This document shows positions 49,475 through 59,184 of a DNA stretch of 64,000 nt, in pieces. Under the pieces are notes generated by a model. The model had not been told where the DNA came from, did no database searches, and saw only the letters and a list, made by a program, of their open reading frames with translations. Positions within the stretch are counted from its first letter, which is position 1; each line of letters starts with the position of its first letter. The position numbers and the translations under genes were made by a program. Location: NCBI GenBank assembly GCA_963792415.1, contig CAWBVY010000007.1, forward strand, positions 1 to 64,000, read 5' to 3'. This DNA is from Candidatus Deferrimicrobiaceae bacterium (GTDB taxonomy: Bacteria > Desulfobacterota > Deferrimicrobia > Deferrimicrobiales > Deferrimicrobiaceae).

Positions 49475-50071
49475 TTACCCTTCCCCCTTGTACCCCTTCC
49501 CCAGCAGGTAGAGCTCGAACGACTCCTTGCGCGTCGCTTCGGGCCGGAGGCGGCGGAAGTCCGTGAAGAACGGCTTCAGCTCCCGGAAGACCGCGTCGGC
49601 TTCCGCGCCGCCGAAGATCTTGGCGAGGAAGGTCCCGCCGTCGCGCAGCGTCTCCCGCGCGAGGCCGAAGACGGCCCGGACGAGGTCCGCCGAACGCGCC
49701 TGGTCGGTGAAGGCGGATCCGGTCGTGTTGGGGGCGGCGTCCGAGACGACCGCGTCGGCCTTCCCCCCGAGGAACTCGAGGAGCTCGGCCGGCAGGGCGG
49801 GGTCGTTCAGGTCCCGTTGCCAGAAGCGGAAATTTTCCCCCGGCAGCGTCGCCATCGGAAGGAGGTCGACGGCGGCGACCTTCCCCTTGCCGCCCACCAT
49901 GCCGAGAAGGATCTGGCTCCACCCGCCCGGCGCGGCTCCCGCGTCGATCACGCGGTCCCCGGAGCGAACCGCCTTCTCCTTCGCGGCGATCTGCGTCAGC
50001 TTGTACGCCGCCCGGGAGCGGTACCCTTCCTTTTTCGCCTGCCGGTAATACGCGTCTTTCCGGTCGTACAT
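49475..50071 (-). CDS. rlmE: 23S rRNA Um2552 methyltransferase RlmE/FtsJ
   Basis: 'GYRSRAAYKL', 'GAAPGGWSQ', 'SDAAPNTTG' and 'RKESFELY'. Confidence 0.95.
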   Translation of the reverse strand: MYDRKDAYYRQAKKEGYRSRAAYKLTQIAAKEKAVRSGDRVIDAGAAPGGWSQILLGMVGGKGKVAAVDLLPMATLPGENFRFWQRDLNDPALPAELLEFLGGKADAVVSDAAPNTTGSAFTDQARSADLVRAVFGLARETLRDGGTFLAKIFGGAEADAVFRELKPFFTDFRRLRPEATRKESFELYLLGKGYKGEG

Positions 50072-50153
50072 TCCCTCATCGTATCGGAACGGCCGGTTGT
50101 TGACACTCCGAAATCCTGTACGATAGAGTCAACGTGCCCGGGAGGAGAACATC

Positions 50154-51128
50154 ATCGACATCGACGGCGTCTTCCGCTATCTGAGCCGCGACCTCCGCAC
50201 GGTGGAACGTGCGCTCGTCTCCAGCCTGGCCTCCCCCGTTCCGCTCATCCCCGTCGTCGGAAAGCACATCACGTTGTCCGGAGGGAAGCGGGTCCGCCCC
50301 GCGATCCTGCTCCTGACCGCGGACGCCTGCGGCTACCGGGGTCCCCGGCGCACCGTGATGTCCGTGGTGACGGAGTACATGCACACGGCGACGCTCCTGC
50401 ACGACGACGTGGTCGACACCGGGACGGTGCGCCGGGGCAAGCCGTCGGCAAACGTCGTATTCGGCAACTCCGTGAGCGTCCTCGTGGGCGACTTCCTCTT
50501 CGCCCGCGCCTCCCAGTTGATGACGGACGACGGAGACATCGACGTCCTCGGGATCTACGCGCGCACCCTGGTCCACCTCTCGGAAGGGGAGGTGCTTCAA
50601 CTGATGAGGATGCGCGACGCGGGGATCACGGAGAAGGAGTACCTGAACGTCGTCTTCTGCAAAACCGCGTCTCTGATCGCCGCCGCCGCCGAAACCGGGA
50701 CGGTGCTCGCCGGCGCCGACCCCGCGACGCGCAAGGCGATGTTCGGGTTCGGGAAGTCGGTCGGGATCGCCTTCCAGCTGGTCGACGACATCCTCGACTT
50801 CACGGGGACGGAGAAGTCCCTGGGGAAGCACCCTCTGCAGGATCTGCGCGAGGGGAAGGTGACGCTTCCGCTCCTGCACGCGTTGCGCGAGGCGGGATCC
50901 GCGGACCGTGAGCGGGCGCGGCGCGCCCTCGCGAAGAAGGACCCCACCGACCGCGACGTCGCCTTCCTCGCCGGACTGGTGGCCCGCCACGACGGGATCG
51001 GGTACGCGGCCTCCCGGGCGAGGGAGTACGTCCGGCGCGGGAAGCGTCACCTCGCCGTCCTGCCCGACTCGCCGGCCCGTTCCGCCCTGATCGCCCTGTC
51101 CGACTACGTCGCGTCCCGGACCCGTTGA
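50154..51128 (+). CDS. ispB: Polyprenyl (octaprenyl-type) diphosphate synthase
   Basis: 'GGKRVRP', FARM 'LHDDVVD', 'GDFL', 'KTA' and SARM 'FQLVDDILD'. The first canonical start is GTG 50202, but the RBS and family N-terminus point to ATC 50151/50154. Confidence 0.9.
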   Translation: MDIDGVFRYLSRDLRTVERALVSSLASPVPLIPVVGKHITLSGGKRVRPAILLLTADACGYRGPRRTVMSVVTEYMHTATLLHDDVVDTGTVRRGKPSANVVFGNSVSVLVGDFLFARASQLMTDDGDIDVLGIYARTLVHLSEGEVLQLMRMRDAGITEKEYLNVVFCKTASLIAAAAETGTVLAGADPATRKAMFGFGKSVGIAFQLVDDILDFTGTEKSLGKHPLQDLREGKVTLPLLHALREAGSADRERARRALAKKDPTDRDVAFLAGLVARHDGIGYAASRAREYVRRGKRHLAVLPDSPARSALIALSDYVASRTR

Positions 51129-51141
51129 TCGCGATTTTGCC

Positions 51142-51170
51142 TTGACGCGTGGAGCGCCGGGCGGCAGAAT
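51142..51170 (+). promoter_or_regulatory. sigma70 promoter of btu operon
   Basis: TTGACG-N17-CAGAAT just before the riboswitch. Confidence 0.65.
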
Positions 51171-51176
51171 GGTCGC

Positions 51177-51370
51177 GCAGATCGGAACGTTCCCGTCGGG
51201 GCAAGGGAAGATGGTGCGAGTCCATCGCTGCCCCGCAACTGTAACCGGTGACGAAATCCGCAACGGAGCCACTGCCCGGGTGACGAGAGCCCGGGCGGGA
51301 AGGCGCGGAGAGTAGGGGGGCGGCCCTTCGGGGGCCGCCGGGTAGCCGGAAGCCAGGAGACCTTCCCGGC
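51177..51370 (+). ncRNA. Cobalamin (B12) riboswitch
   Basis: Conserved elements AGGGAA, GGTG, CCCCGCAACTGTAA, GCCACTG, GGGAAGG and AAGCCAGGAGACC upstream of B12 uptake genes. Boundaries are approximate. Confidence 0.93.
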
Positions 51371-51489
51371 GGGGAGAGATCCCGAGACGCCTTTCGCGGG
51401 AGAAGGGCCGGGGCGCTTTCGCCGTCAGGACGCGCGTTTCATCCCCCATCCAATTTTCCGAAAGGCATCGGGCCGGGGGAGGATGCATC

Positions 51490-52449
51490 TTGGGCCGCGT
51501 CCGGATCACCGTCGCTCGCCTTGTTCTCGCGGGGTTCCTCCCGGCCCTCCTCCTTGCGTCCGCGATCGATCGTCCCGCGTTCGCGGCGGACCGGTTCCCC
51601 CTCGCGTTGAGGGACGACCGGGGCGTCACCGTCCGGCTCGCCGCCCCTCCCCGTCGCGTCGTCTCCCTGGCCCCCAGCCTCACGGAGATCGTCTTCCTCC
51701 TCGGCCGCGGCGGCTCCCTCGTCGGCGTCACCCGGTTCTGCAACGTTCCGGCCGCGGCTTCCGGTCTTCCGAAGATCGGGGGCGTGAGCGATCCCGACGT
51801 GGAGCGGATCGTCGCGCTGTCGCCGGATCTCGTCCTGTGCACGACGGACGGGAATCCCCGGGAGAAGGTGCGGGCCCTCGAGGAGATGGGGATCCCGTGC
51901 TTTGCCGTGGCCCCGCAGGATCTGGACGCGGTCTTCACCGCGATCGGGCGCCTGGGGTTCCTCCTCGGCGCCGCGGACCGCGGACGCGCCGAGGCAGAGG
52001 CGCTTCGTCTTCGCGCGCGACTGGCCCGCCCCCCCTCCGACGCCGCAGAAAAGCCCGCCGTCCTTTTCGTCGTCTCCACCGCGCCGATCATCGCGGCCGG
52101 CGAAGGAACCTTCATGGACGAACTGGTGCGTCTCGCCGGGGGAAGGAACGCCGCCGCGCGCTTTTCCGGCAGATATCCGCGGCTCTCCGTGGAGGGGCTG
52201 GTCGCCGCGCGCCCGGACGTGATCTTCGTCGCGGGGATGTCCGGCGTCGAACGGTTCCTGCCGGAGGTCACCCGCTGGAAGGAGGTCCCCGCGTTCCGGG
52301 ACGGCGCCGTCATCACCCTCGACGGGGACCTCGTGACCCGCCCGGGGCCCCGCCTGGTGACCGCGCTCGAGCGGGTATCCGCGGCTCTCGCCGAGTGGCG
52401 GAGAAGCCGACCGAAAGCGGCCGCGGCGGCCGCCGGGGGGGAGCGGTGA
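51490..52449 (+). CDS. btuF: Cobalamin ABC transporter substrate-binding protein
   Basis: 'RVVSLAPSLTEIVFLLG', 'VGVTRFC' and 'RPGPRL'. Riboswitch context. Confidence 0.88.
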   Translation: MGRVRITVARLVLAGFLPALLLASAIDRPAFAADRFPLALRDDRGVTVRLAAPPRRVVSLAPSLTEIVFLLGRGGSLVGVTRFCNVPAAASGLPKIGGVSDPDVERIVALSPDLVLCTTDGNPREKVRALEEMGIPCFAVAPQDLDAVFTAIGRLGFLLGAADRGRAEAEALRLRARLARPPSDAAEKPAVLFVVSTAPIIAAGEGTFMDELVRLAGGRNAAARFSGRYPRLSVEGLVAARPDVIFVAGMSGVERFLPEVTRWKEVPAFRDGAVITLDGDLVTRPGPRLVTALERVSAALAEWRRSRPKAAAAAAGGER

Positions 52450-53447
52450 CGGGCGGCGGGAAGCGGAGCGGGGCGGTGTTCCCCGCGCTCGCCGCGGCGC
52501 TCCTCGGCGCGCTGGCCCTCTCCGCGGCCACCGGGCCTGTGCCGATCTCTTTCCGCGCGGCCTTCGACGCGATCTTCCGGGGAACGGACGACACCGCCGC
52601 CCGGGTCCTGTTGTCGCTGCGGCTTCCGCGAGCCCTCCTCGGCGCCCTCGTGGGCGGGGCCCTCGCCTCTTCCGGCGTCGCCTTCCAGGCGCTGCTGCGC
52701 AACCCGCTCGCCGACCCGTACATCCTCGGCGTGTCGGGGGGCGCCGCCGTGGGCGCTCTCACGGTGGCCCTCTTCCTGTCGGCGGACGCTTCCCCCCTCC
52801 TTCCGTTGTGCGCCTTCGCCGGGGCGGCCCTGTCCGCCATGGGCGTCTTCCTCCTCGCCCGCCGGCGGAGCGGCGTCTCCCCCGAGCGGCTGATCCTGAT
52901 GGGCGTCGTCGTGGGAGCGTTCCTCAACGCGGTCATCATGCTGATGGTGACCCTCGCCCCGCCCGGGAAGATCCCCGGCGCCCTGTATTGGCTGATGGGG
53001 GACCTGGGCCTGGGCACCCCCGGCCGCGTGGCGGTCCTCTTCCCGTACGTCGCGCTCGGCACGGTCCTCCTGTACCTGCTCTCCCGCGGACTGGACCTGC
53101 TCCTCCTCGGCGATCACGCCGCGTTCCAGGCGGGGCTCTCCGTCGAGCGGGTGAAGACGGCGACGTACCTCACGGCGTCGCTGCTGGCCGGCTCGGTCGT
53201 GGCGGTTTCCGGCCTCATCGGATTCGTCGGGCTCATCGTTCCCCACGGCGCGCGCGTGCTGGTCGGTTCCGGGCACCGCCGCCTCCTGCCCGCCGCGTTC
53301 CTCCTGGGCGGGGCGTTCCTCGTCCTCTCCGATACGCTCGCCCGCGCCGCCTCCCCCGCGGGGGAATTGCCGGTGGGAGCGGTCACCGCCCTCGCCGGCG
53401 CCCCCTTCTTCCTCTACCTGCTGCGCCGCAACGGGAGACGGGCGTGA
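52446..53447 (+). CDS. btuC: Cobalamin ABC transporter permease (FecCD family)
   Basis: 'RLPRALLG', 'RNPLADPYILGVSGGA', 'IGFVGLIVPH' and 'ELPVG'. Confidence 0.9.
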   Translation: MTGGGKRSGAVFPALAAALLGALALSAATGPVPISFRAAFDAIFRGTDDTAARVLLSLRLPRALLGALVGGALASSGVAFQALLRNPLADPYILGVSGGAAVGALTVALFLSADASPLLPLCAFAGAALSAMGVFLLARRRSGVSPERLILMGVVVGAFLNAVIMLMVTLAPPGKIPGALYWLMGDLGLGTPGRVAVLFPYVALGTVLLYLLSRGLDLLLLGDHAAFQAGLSVERVKTATYLTASLLAGSVVAVSGLIGFVGLIVPHGARVLVGSGHRRLLPAAFLLGGAFLVLSDTLARAASPAGELPVGAVTALAGAPFFLYLLRRNGRRA

Positions 53448-54244
53448 CCCCGGCGCTGTCCGCCCGCGGGGTGGGGTTCGGCTACGGGGACCGCGACATC
53501 CTGCGCGGCGTGACCGTCGATCTCTCTCCGGGCGAGGTGACGATCCTCCTCGGCCCCAACGGGGCCGGAAAGAGCACGCTGATCCGGATCCTGTCGGGGA
53601 TCCTCCCGCCTCGCGAGGGGGAGGTGCTGCTGTGCGGGCGCCCGCCAGGGGAGTTCCGTCGGCGGGAGATGGCGCGCCTCCTCTCCGTCGTGGGGCAGGA
53701 CCCCCCGGTCGACTTCCCGATGACGGTAGCTGCCTATGTCGGGCTCGGGCGGTTCCCCCACCAGGGGTTCTTCGGGGGAACGTCGCCGGAGGATCGGGAG
53801 CAGGTGGAGCGGGCGATGGAGAGGACGGAGCTGACCGGGCTGCGGGATCGGACCCTGGCGGAGATCTCCGCGGGGGAGCGCCAGCGGGCCGCCGTCGCCC
53901 GTGCGATCGCGCAGGGCGCGCGGGTGATGCTGCTGGACGAGCCGACGGCGTTCCTCGACATCCGGCACCGGGTCGCCTTCTACGAGATCGTCACGCACCT
54001 GAAGGAGACGTCCGGGATCGCCGCGCTGGTCGCCTCCCACGACCTGTCGCTGTGCGCGGAGTACGGGGAGCGGATCGTCCTGCTGTCCGGGGGGACGGTC
54101 GCGGCGCAGGGGCGGCCGGAGGAGGTGCTCACTCCCGCCAACGTGCAGGCCGCGTACGGAGTGGCGGTCGCCTGCGACCGGAACCCCGCCACCGGCGCGA
54201 TCCGCGTCACCCCCCTGCGAGGGATGCCGACGAAGAACCACTAA
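53444..54244 (+). CDS. btuD: Cobalamin ABC transporter ATP-binding protein
   Basis: 'GPNGAGKST', 'SAGERQR', 'LLDEPT' and 'SHDL'. Confidence 0.88.
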   Translation: MTPALSARGVGFGYGDRDILRGVTVDLSPGEVTILLGPNGAGKSTLIRILSGILPPREGEVLLCGRPPGEFRRREMARLLSVVGQDPPVDFPMTVAAYVGLGRFPHQGFFGGTSPEDREQVERAMERTELTGLRDRTLAEISAGERQRAAVARAIAQGARVMLLDEPTAFLDIRHRVAFYEIVTHLKETSGIAALVASHDLSLCAEYGERIVLLSGGTVAAQGRPEEVLTPANVQAAYGVAVACDRNPATGAIRVTPLRGMPTKNH

Positions 54245-54305
54245 GTAGGCGGAACGGCACACTACGGATCCGAGGGACAGGAGGATCGATGCGGGGGGGG
54301 GGAAG

Positions 54306-56213
54306 GTGAAGGTTTCCGCCGGGGGATTGCGCTCCGTCCTGCTGCTGGCGATGCTCCTGCCCTGGGGGGCCGCTCCCTCCGTCGCGGCGGGGCCGGTGGA
54401 GATGGATCCGGTGGTCGTGACGGCGACGCGCATCGAGGAGAAGGTCTCGGAGCAGGCTTCCTCCGTGAGCGTCGTGCCCCGGGAGGAGATCGAGCTGAGC
54501 GGTGCGGTGCTCGTCGGGGACGCCCTCCAGGGGCTCCCCGGGGTGGATGTCCAGCGGAAGGGGAGCCCGGGGAGCATGGAAAACATCAAGATCCGCGGGG
54601 GGCTCGCCAGCCACACGCTGGTGCTGATCGACGGGTTCCCGGTGAACAGCCCCGCGATCGACGGCGCGTACGACGTGAGCACGCTCCCCGTGGGTCGCTT
54701 CGACCGGATCGAGGTCGTCCGCGGACCGCAGAGCGCGCTGTACGGGTCCAACGCCATGTCGGGCGTGGTGAACTTTCTTCCTCCCCGTCCGGAGGGGCCG
54801 GCGCGGTTCGGGGCCGGCGCGGCGGCGGGGAGCTTCTCCACGCTGCAGTGGAACGGATTCGCGGCCGGGGGCGCCGGGAGCGGGGGATACCACCTCGGCG
54901 GCGGCGGCCTGACGAGCGAAGGGATCCACCCGAACGACGACACCTCCATCCTCTCGTTCCTGGGGGGCGGGGACGTCTCCGTGGGCGAGAGGAGCCGGCT
55001 CCACGCCCTGGTCCTGTCGACGGAGGGGGAGAAGGGCGTCCCGATCGACTTCGGGACGCCGCACGACATCAACCATCGGTCGACGCGGCGGGGGCTCCTC
55101 GTCGGAGGCCGGTGGGAGACGGAGATTTCCTCCTCCTTCTCGGTCATCGCTTCGGGGAGCCGGTTCGACGAGTATTATCACGACCGCGACCCCGCCGACC
55201 CCGGGGAAGCGTACCCGTACGTCTACGACGATGTGTTGAAGACCGTGAAAACGGACGTCGGGGTCATGGCCCGCGTCGCGATCGGCGACCGCTCCGTCAC
55301 CTTTGCCGGGATGGAGTACACGAACAACCGTGCGACGGACACGCTCCAGTCCAACTTCGGGGACACGGACACCGCCGGCACCACGATCAATCGATCCGTT
55401 TTCCTTCAGGAGGAGTGGCGGCCCGGGAAAGGGGCCGGGGTCAGCGCCGGCGTGCGCGTTGACCGGAACTCCGAGGCGGGGACGGTGGTCAGTCCGAGGG
55501 TGGCGGTCTATCACGACCTGCCGGGCGTCGGGGCACGGCTGCGGGCGGCCGCCGGGCGGGGTTTCCGGACGCCGACGATCTCCGAGAAGTCGGACCCTTT
55601 CCTCGGGAACCCCGCCCTGTCGCCGGAGATGACGTGGTCCTACGAGGCGGGAGCGGACATCGCCCTGGCGGGAGGGGAGGCGGCCGTTTCGGCGACCTGG
55701 TTCTACCAGGACTTCCGCGACCTGATCCAGTACGACGATACGGTCCCCGGGCCGGCCGGATACGGCCAGTTGGCCAACGTCGGGGAGTCGTTCTCCCGGG
55801 GGGTGGAACTGGGAGGGACGTGGCAACTCAACCGGGTCGTGGGGCTCGCGGGAACGTACACCTATTCCGATACGTGGAACTACACGTATGGCCAGCGGAT
55901 CCGGGGGGTGCCGACACAGCGTGGGTCCGCCTCTGCCATCCTGACCCCCACCACCGCGTTCACGGGCCGTGTGGACTGGCGGCTGGAGAGCGACGAACTG
56001 GACGTCCCGCCCAACGGCGGCGATCCGCGGCGGCCTGGCTACGGGCGCGTCGACCTCCACGCCAGGTACCTCTGGAGGACCGGTTCCCGCGACGTCCCCC
56101 AGGTCGCCCTGACGGGGAAGATCCAGAACCTCCTGAACCGCGACTACGAGGAGCGGAAAGGGTACCCAGCCCCGGGGATCAATTTCCTCCTCGGGGCGGA
56201 ATTTACCATCTAG
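54306..56213 (+). CDS. btuB: TonB-dependent cobalamin receptor
   Basis: TonB box 'DPVVVTATR', plug 'IRGG...VLIDG', 'RIEVVRGPQSALYGSNA' and C-terminal 'NLLNRDY'. Part of the B12 operon. Confidence 0.88.
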   Translation: MKVSAGGLRSVLLLAMLLPWGAAPSVAAGPVEMDPVVVTATRIEEKVSEQASSVSVVPREEIELSGAVLVGDALQGLPGVDVQRKGSPGSMENIKIRGGLASHTLVLIDGFPVNSPAIDGAYDVSTLPVGRFDRIEVVRGPQSALYGSNAMSGVVNFLPPRPEGPARFGAGAAAGSFSTLQWNGFAAGGAGSGGYHLGGGGLTSEGIHPNDDTSILSFLGGGDVSVGERSRLHALVLSTEGEKGVPIDFGTPHDINHRSTRRGLLVGGRWETEISSSFSVIASGSRFDEYYHDRDPADPGEAYPYVYDDVLKTVKTDVGVMARVAIGDRSVTFAGMEYTNNRATDTLQSNFGDTDTAGTTINRSVFLQEEWRPGKGAGVSAGVRVDRNSEAGTVVSPRVAVYHDLPGVGARLRAAAGRGFRTPTISEKSDPFLGNPALSPEMTWSYEAGADIALAGGEAAVSATWFYQDFRDLIQYDDTVPGPAGYGQLANVGESFSRGVELGGTWQLNRVVGLAGTYTYSDTWNYTYGQRIRGVPTQRGSASAILTPTTAFTGRVDWRLESDELDVPPNGGDPRRPGYGRVDLHARYLWRTGSRDVPQVALTGKIQNLLNRDYEERKGYPAPGINFLLGAEFTI

Positions 56214-56310
56214 CGCAGCGGGACGCTGGACTCTCCGCACCGTCTTTACACCCCCGGGGAAACGGGATACCGTATCTGGACGAGGGCTGTACCCCCGGGG
56301 GCCGGAAACG

Positions 56311-56667
56311 ATGGACCGCGTCGGCATCGAAAATTGTCGGACAGAGCTCCAGAACCAACTGGACGAACTGTTGGCGGGAGCGGAACGGACGGTCGTCGAC
56401 ATGACCAGCGTCGAGGAAGAGAACTTCCCCGACCCGACCGACCGGGCCTCGCTCGAGGCGAACCGGAACTTTACCCTCCGCCTCCGGGACCGGGATCGGA
56501 AGCTTGTGGCCAAGATCCAGGAGGCCATGAAGCGGATCGAGAACGGAACGTTCGGGGTCTGCGACGGGTGCGGCGGGGAGATCGAGGAAAAGCGCCTGAT
56601 CGCCCGCCCGGTCACCACCCTCTGCATCGACTGCAAGACCGTCGCCGAGGAGGAAGAGGTCAAGTAG
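56311..56667 (+). CDS. dksA: RNA polymerase-binding protein DksA
   Basis: 'DPTDRA' coiled-coil tip and C4 zinc finger 'CDGC...CIDCK'. Confidence 0.93.
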   Translation: MDRVGIENCRTELQNQLDELLAGAERTVVDMTSVEEENFPDPTDRASLEANRNFTLRLRDRDRKLVAKIQEAMKRIENGTFGVCDGCGGEIEEKRLIARPVTTLCIDCKTVAEEEEVK

Positions 56668-56716
56668 GCGTCCCGCCGAAGGCCTCCACCGACGTACCCC
56701 CGCCACCGGAGGCAGC

Positions 56717-57712
56717 ATGACGGAACTTCGGAAAGACCCGATCGTCGGCCGGTGGGTCATCATCTCCACCGAACGGGCCAAGCGTCCCCACGATTTCCCC
56801 CCGGAGCCCGCTCCGCGGCGCGAGGGGGTGTGCCCCCTCTGTCCGGGGAGCGAACGGATGACCCCTCCCGAAATCCTCGGGTACCGCGAGGGCGGCCAGC
56901 CCAACGACCCGAACTGGACCATGCGCGTCGTTCCCAACAAGTTCCCCGCCCTGCGGATCGAGGGGGAGCTGGGAAAGGCGGCCGACGGGATCTACGACCG
57001 GATGCGCGGCATCGGCGCCCACGAAATCGTCATCGAGTCGGAACGGCACGAAGTCGACCTGTTCGACCTGCCCGAGAAGCGGTTCGAGGAGGTCCTGTGG
57101 GCGTACCGGGACCGCCTCCTCGACCTGAAGAACGACCACAGGTTCAAGTCGGTCATCATCTTCAAGAACCACGGCGCCGCCGCCGGGGCGTCCCTGACCC
57201 ACAGCCACTCCCAGTTGATCGCCCTTCCCGTCATCCCGAAGCGGGTGATGGAGGAGATGAACGGCTGCCGGGAGTATTACCGCTTCCGCGACCGGTGCCT
57301 CTTCTGCGACATCGTCGTACAGGAGATGGACCAGAAGGCCCGCATCGTGGAAGAGACCGGTGAGTTTCTGGCCTTCGCCCCGTACGCCCCCCGCTTCCCG
57401 TTCGAGACCTGGATCGTCCCGAAGCGCCACCAGTGCGCCTACGAGATGATCGAGGCGGACCAGGCGAAAGCGCTCGCCGCCGTCTTCCGGCGGACCTTGC
57501 GGCGCCTGAACCTCGCCCTCGAAAACCCGTCCTTCAACTTCATCGTCCACAGCGCCCCATTCCAGGAGAGGGCGGCGGACTTTTTCCACTGGCACATCGA
57601 GATCATGCCGAAGCTGACGAAGGTCGCGGGGTTCGAGTGGGGGTCCGGCTTCTATATCAACCCGACCCCTCCCGAGGAGTCCGCCAAGTATCTCCGCGAA
57701 CTTCCGGAGTGA
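56717..57712 (+). CDS. galT: GalT-family nucleotidylyltransferase
   Basis: 'ELRKDP', 'RAKRP', 'CPLCPG', 'VPNKFPA' and 'GASLTHSHSQ'. Confidence 0.9.
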   Translation: MTELRKDPIVGRWVIISTERAKRPHDFPPEPAPRREGVCPLCPGSERMTPPEILGYREGGQPNDPNWTMRVVPNKFPALRIEGELGKAADGIYDRMRGIGAHEIVIESERHEVDLFDLPEKRFEEVLWAYRDRLLDLKNDHRFKSVIIFKNHGAAAGASLTHSHSQLIALPVIPKRVMEEMNGCREYYRFRDRCLFCDIVVQEMDQKARIVEETGEFLAFAPYAPRFPFETWIVPKRHQCAYEMIEADQAKALAAVFRRTLRRLNLALENPSFNFIVHSAPFQERAADFFHWHIEIMPKLTKVAGFEWGSGFYINPTPPEESAKYLRELPE

Positions 57713-57717
57713 GGCCG

Positions 57718-59178
57718 ATGAAGGTCCTCGTGGCCTCTTCCGAGATCGTCCCCTTCGCGAAAACCGGTGGCCTGGCGGACGTCTGCGGGGCGCTTCCCAA
57801 GGCGCTTCGCAGGATCGGTGTCGAGGCCGACTGCGTCCTCCCCCTCTACCGCTGCGTGGACCGGACCCGGTTTCCCTTTTCGGGACCCGGGGAGGCGGTC
57901 CTTGTCCCCCTCGGGACCGGGGAAGAACCGGGCAGCGTCGAGGAGACCGACGCCGGGGACGGCGTCCGCGCGTTCCTCGTCCGCAACGACCGGTACTTCG
58001 ACCGGGAGTTCCTCTACGGGACCCGCGACGGAGATTACGTCGACAACTCCGAGCGATTCACCTTCTTCTGCCGCGCCGTCATGGAGTGGATCGCGCGCTC
58101 CGGGCGTCGATACGACATCATCCACTGCAACGACTGGCAGACCGCCCTCTTACCGGTGTACGTCAAGACGCTCTATGCCGACCTCGAGCCGATTTCCGGG
58201 ACGGGAACCGTCTTCACCGTCCACAACCTGGGGTACCAGGGGCTGTTCTGGAACCACGACCTTCCGATGATGGGCCTCGGATGGGAGCTGTTCACCCCCC
58301 GTGGGCTGGAGTTCTACGGGAAGATCAACCTGATGAAGGGGGGCCTGTTGTACGCGGACATCCTCTCCACCGTGTCCGACACCTACAGCCGCGAAATCCA
58401 GACCCCGGAATACGGGTACGGTCTCGAGGGGGTCCTTTACGAGCGCCGGGAGGACCTCTACGGCATCGTGAACGGGATCGACGACGAGGAGTGGCACCCG
58501 GCCACCGACCGGTGGATCGCGGCGAACTACTCCGCGGGCGACCTGTCGGGGAAAGCGGCGTGCCGGCGGGATCTCATCTCGGTCTTCGGCCTCCCGGAGG
58601 GGGACGAACCCGTCCTCGGACTGATCGGGCGGCTCACGGCCCAAAAGGGGTTCGACCTCGTCGAGAGGATCGGGGAGTGGCTGGCGGAGCAGCCCCTGCG
58701 GGTTGTGATCCTCGGGTCCGGTGAACGGAAGTACGAGGAGGCGATGGAGAAGCTCGGGCGGAGGTGCCCGGACCGGATCGCGATCCGCGTCGCGTACGAC
58801 GACGCGCTGGCGCACAAGATCGAGGCGGGGTCGGACATGTACCTGATGCCCTCCCGGTACGAACCGTGCGGGCTGAACCAGATCTACAGCCTGAAGTACG
58901 GTACGGTCCCCATCGTGCGCGAAACGGGGGGGCTGGCGGACACCGTGGCGGACGCCGACGAGAACCCCGCGGCGGGCACCGGGTTCACCTTCCGGCGCTA
59001 TGAGGCGGAGGAGTTGAAGGGCGCCGTGACAAGGGCGTTGGCGGCGTACGCGGACCGTCCCCGGTGGGACGCGATCGTCCGCCGGGGGATGGCGCGGGAC
59101 TTCTCCTGGGAGGCGTCGGCGCGGGCGTACGTCGAGCTTTACGGGAAGGCGCTGCGCAAGCGGGCCCCGAAAGGGTAG
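57718..59178 (+). CDS. glgA: Glycogen synthase
   Basis: 'KTGGLADV', 'HCNDWQT', 'HNLGYQG' and 'PSRYEPCGLNQ'. Confidence 0.96.
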   Translation: MKVLVASSEIVPFAKTGGLADVCGALPKALRRIGVEADCVLPLYRCVDRTRFPFSGPGEAVLVPLGTGEEPGSVEETDAGDGVRAFLVRNDRYFDREFLYGTRDGDYVDNSERFTFFCRAVMEWIARSGRRYDIIHCNDWQTALLPVYVKTLYADLEPISGTGTVFTVHNLGYQGLFWNHDLPMMGLGWELFTPRGLEFYGKINLMKGGLLYADILSTVSDTYSREIQTPEYGYGLEGVLYERREDLYGIVNGIDDEEWHPATDRWIAANYSAGDLSGKAACRRDLISVFGLPEGDEPVLGLIGRLTAQKGFDLVERIGEWLAEQPLRVVILGSGERKYEEAMEKLGRRCPDRIAIRVAYDDALAHKIEAGSDMYLMPSRYEPCGLNQIYSLKYGTVPIVRETGGLADTVADADENPAAGTGFTFRRYEAEELKGAVTRALAAYADRPRWDAIVRRGMARDFSWEASARAYVELYGKALRKRAPKG

Positions 59179-59184
59179 CCTCCC

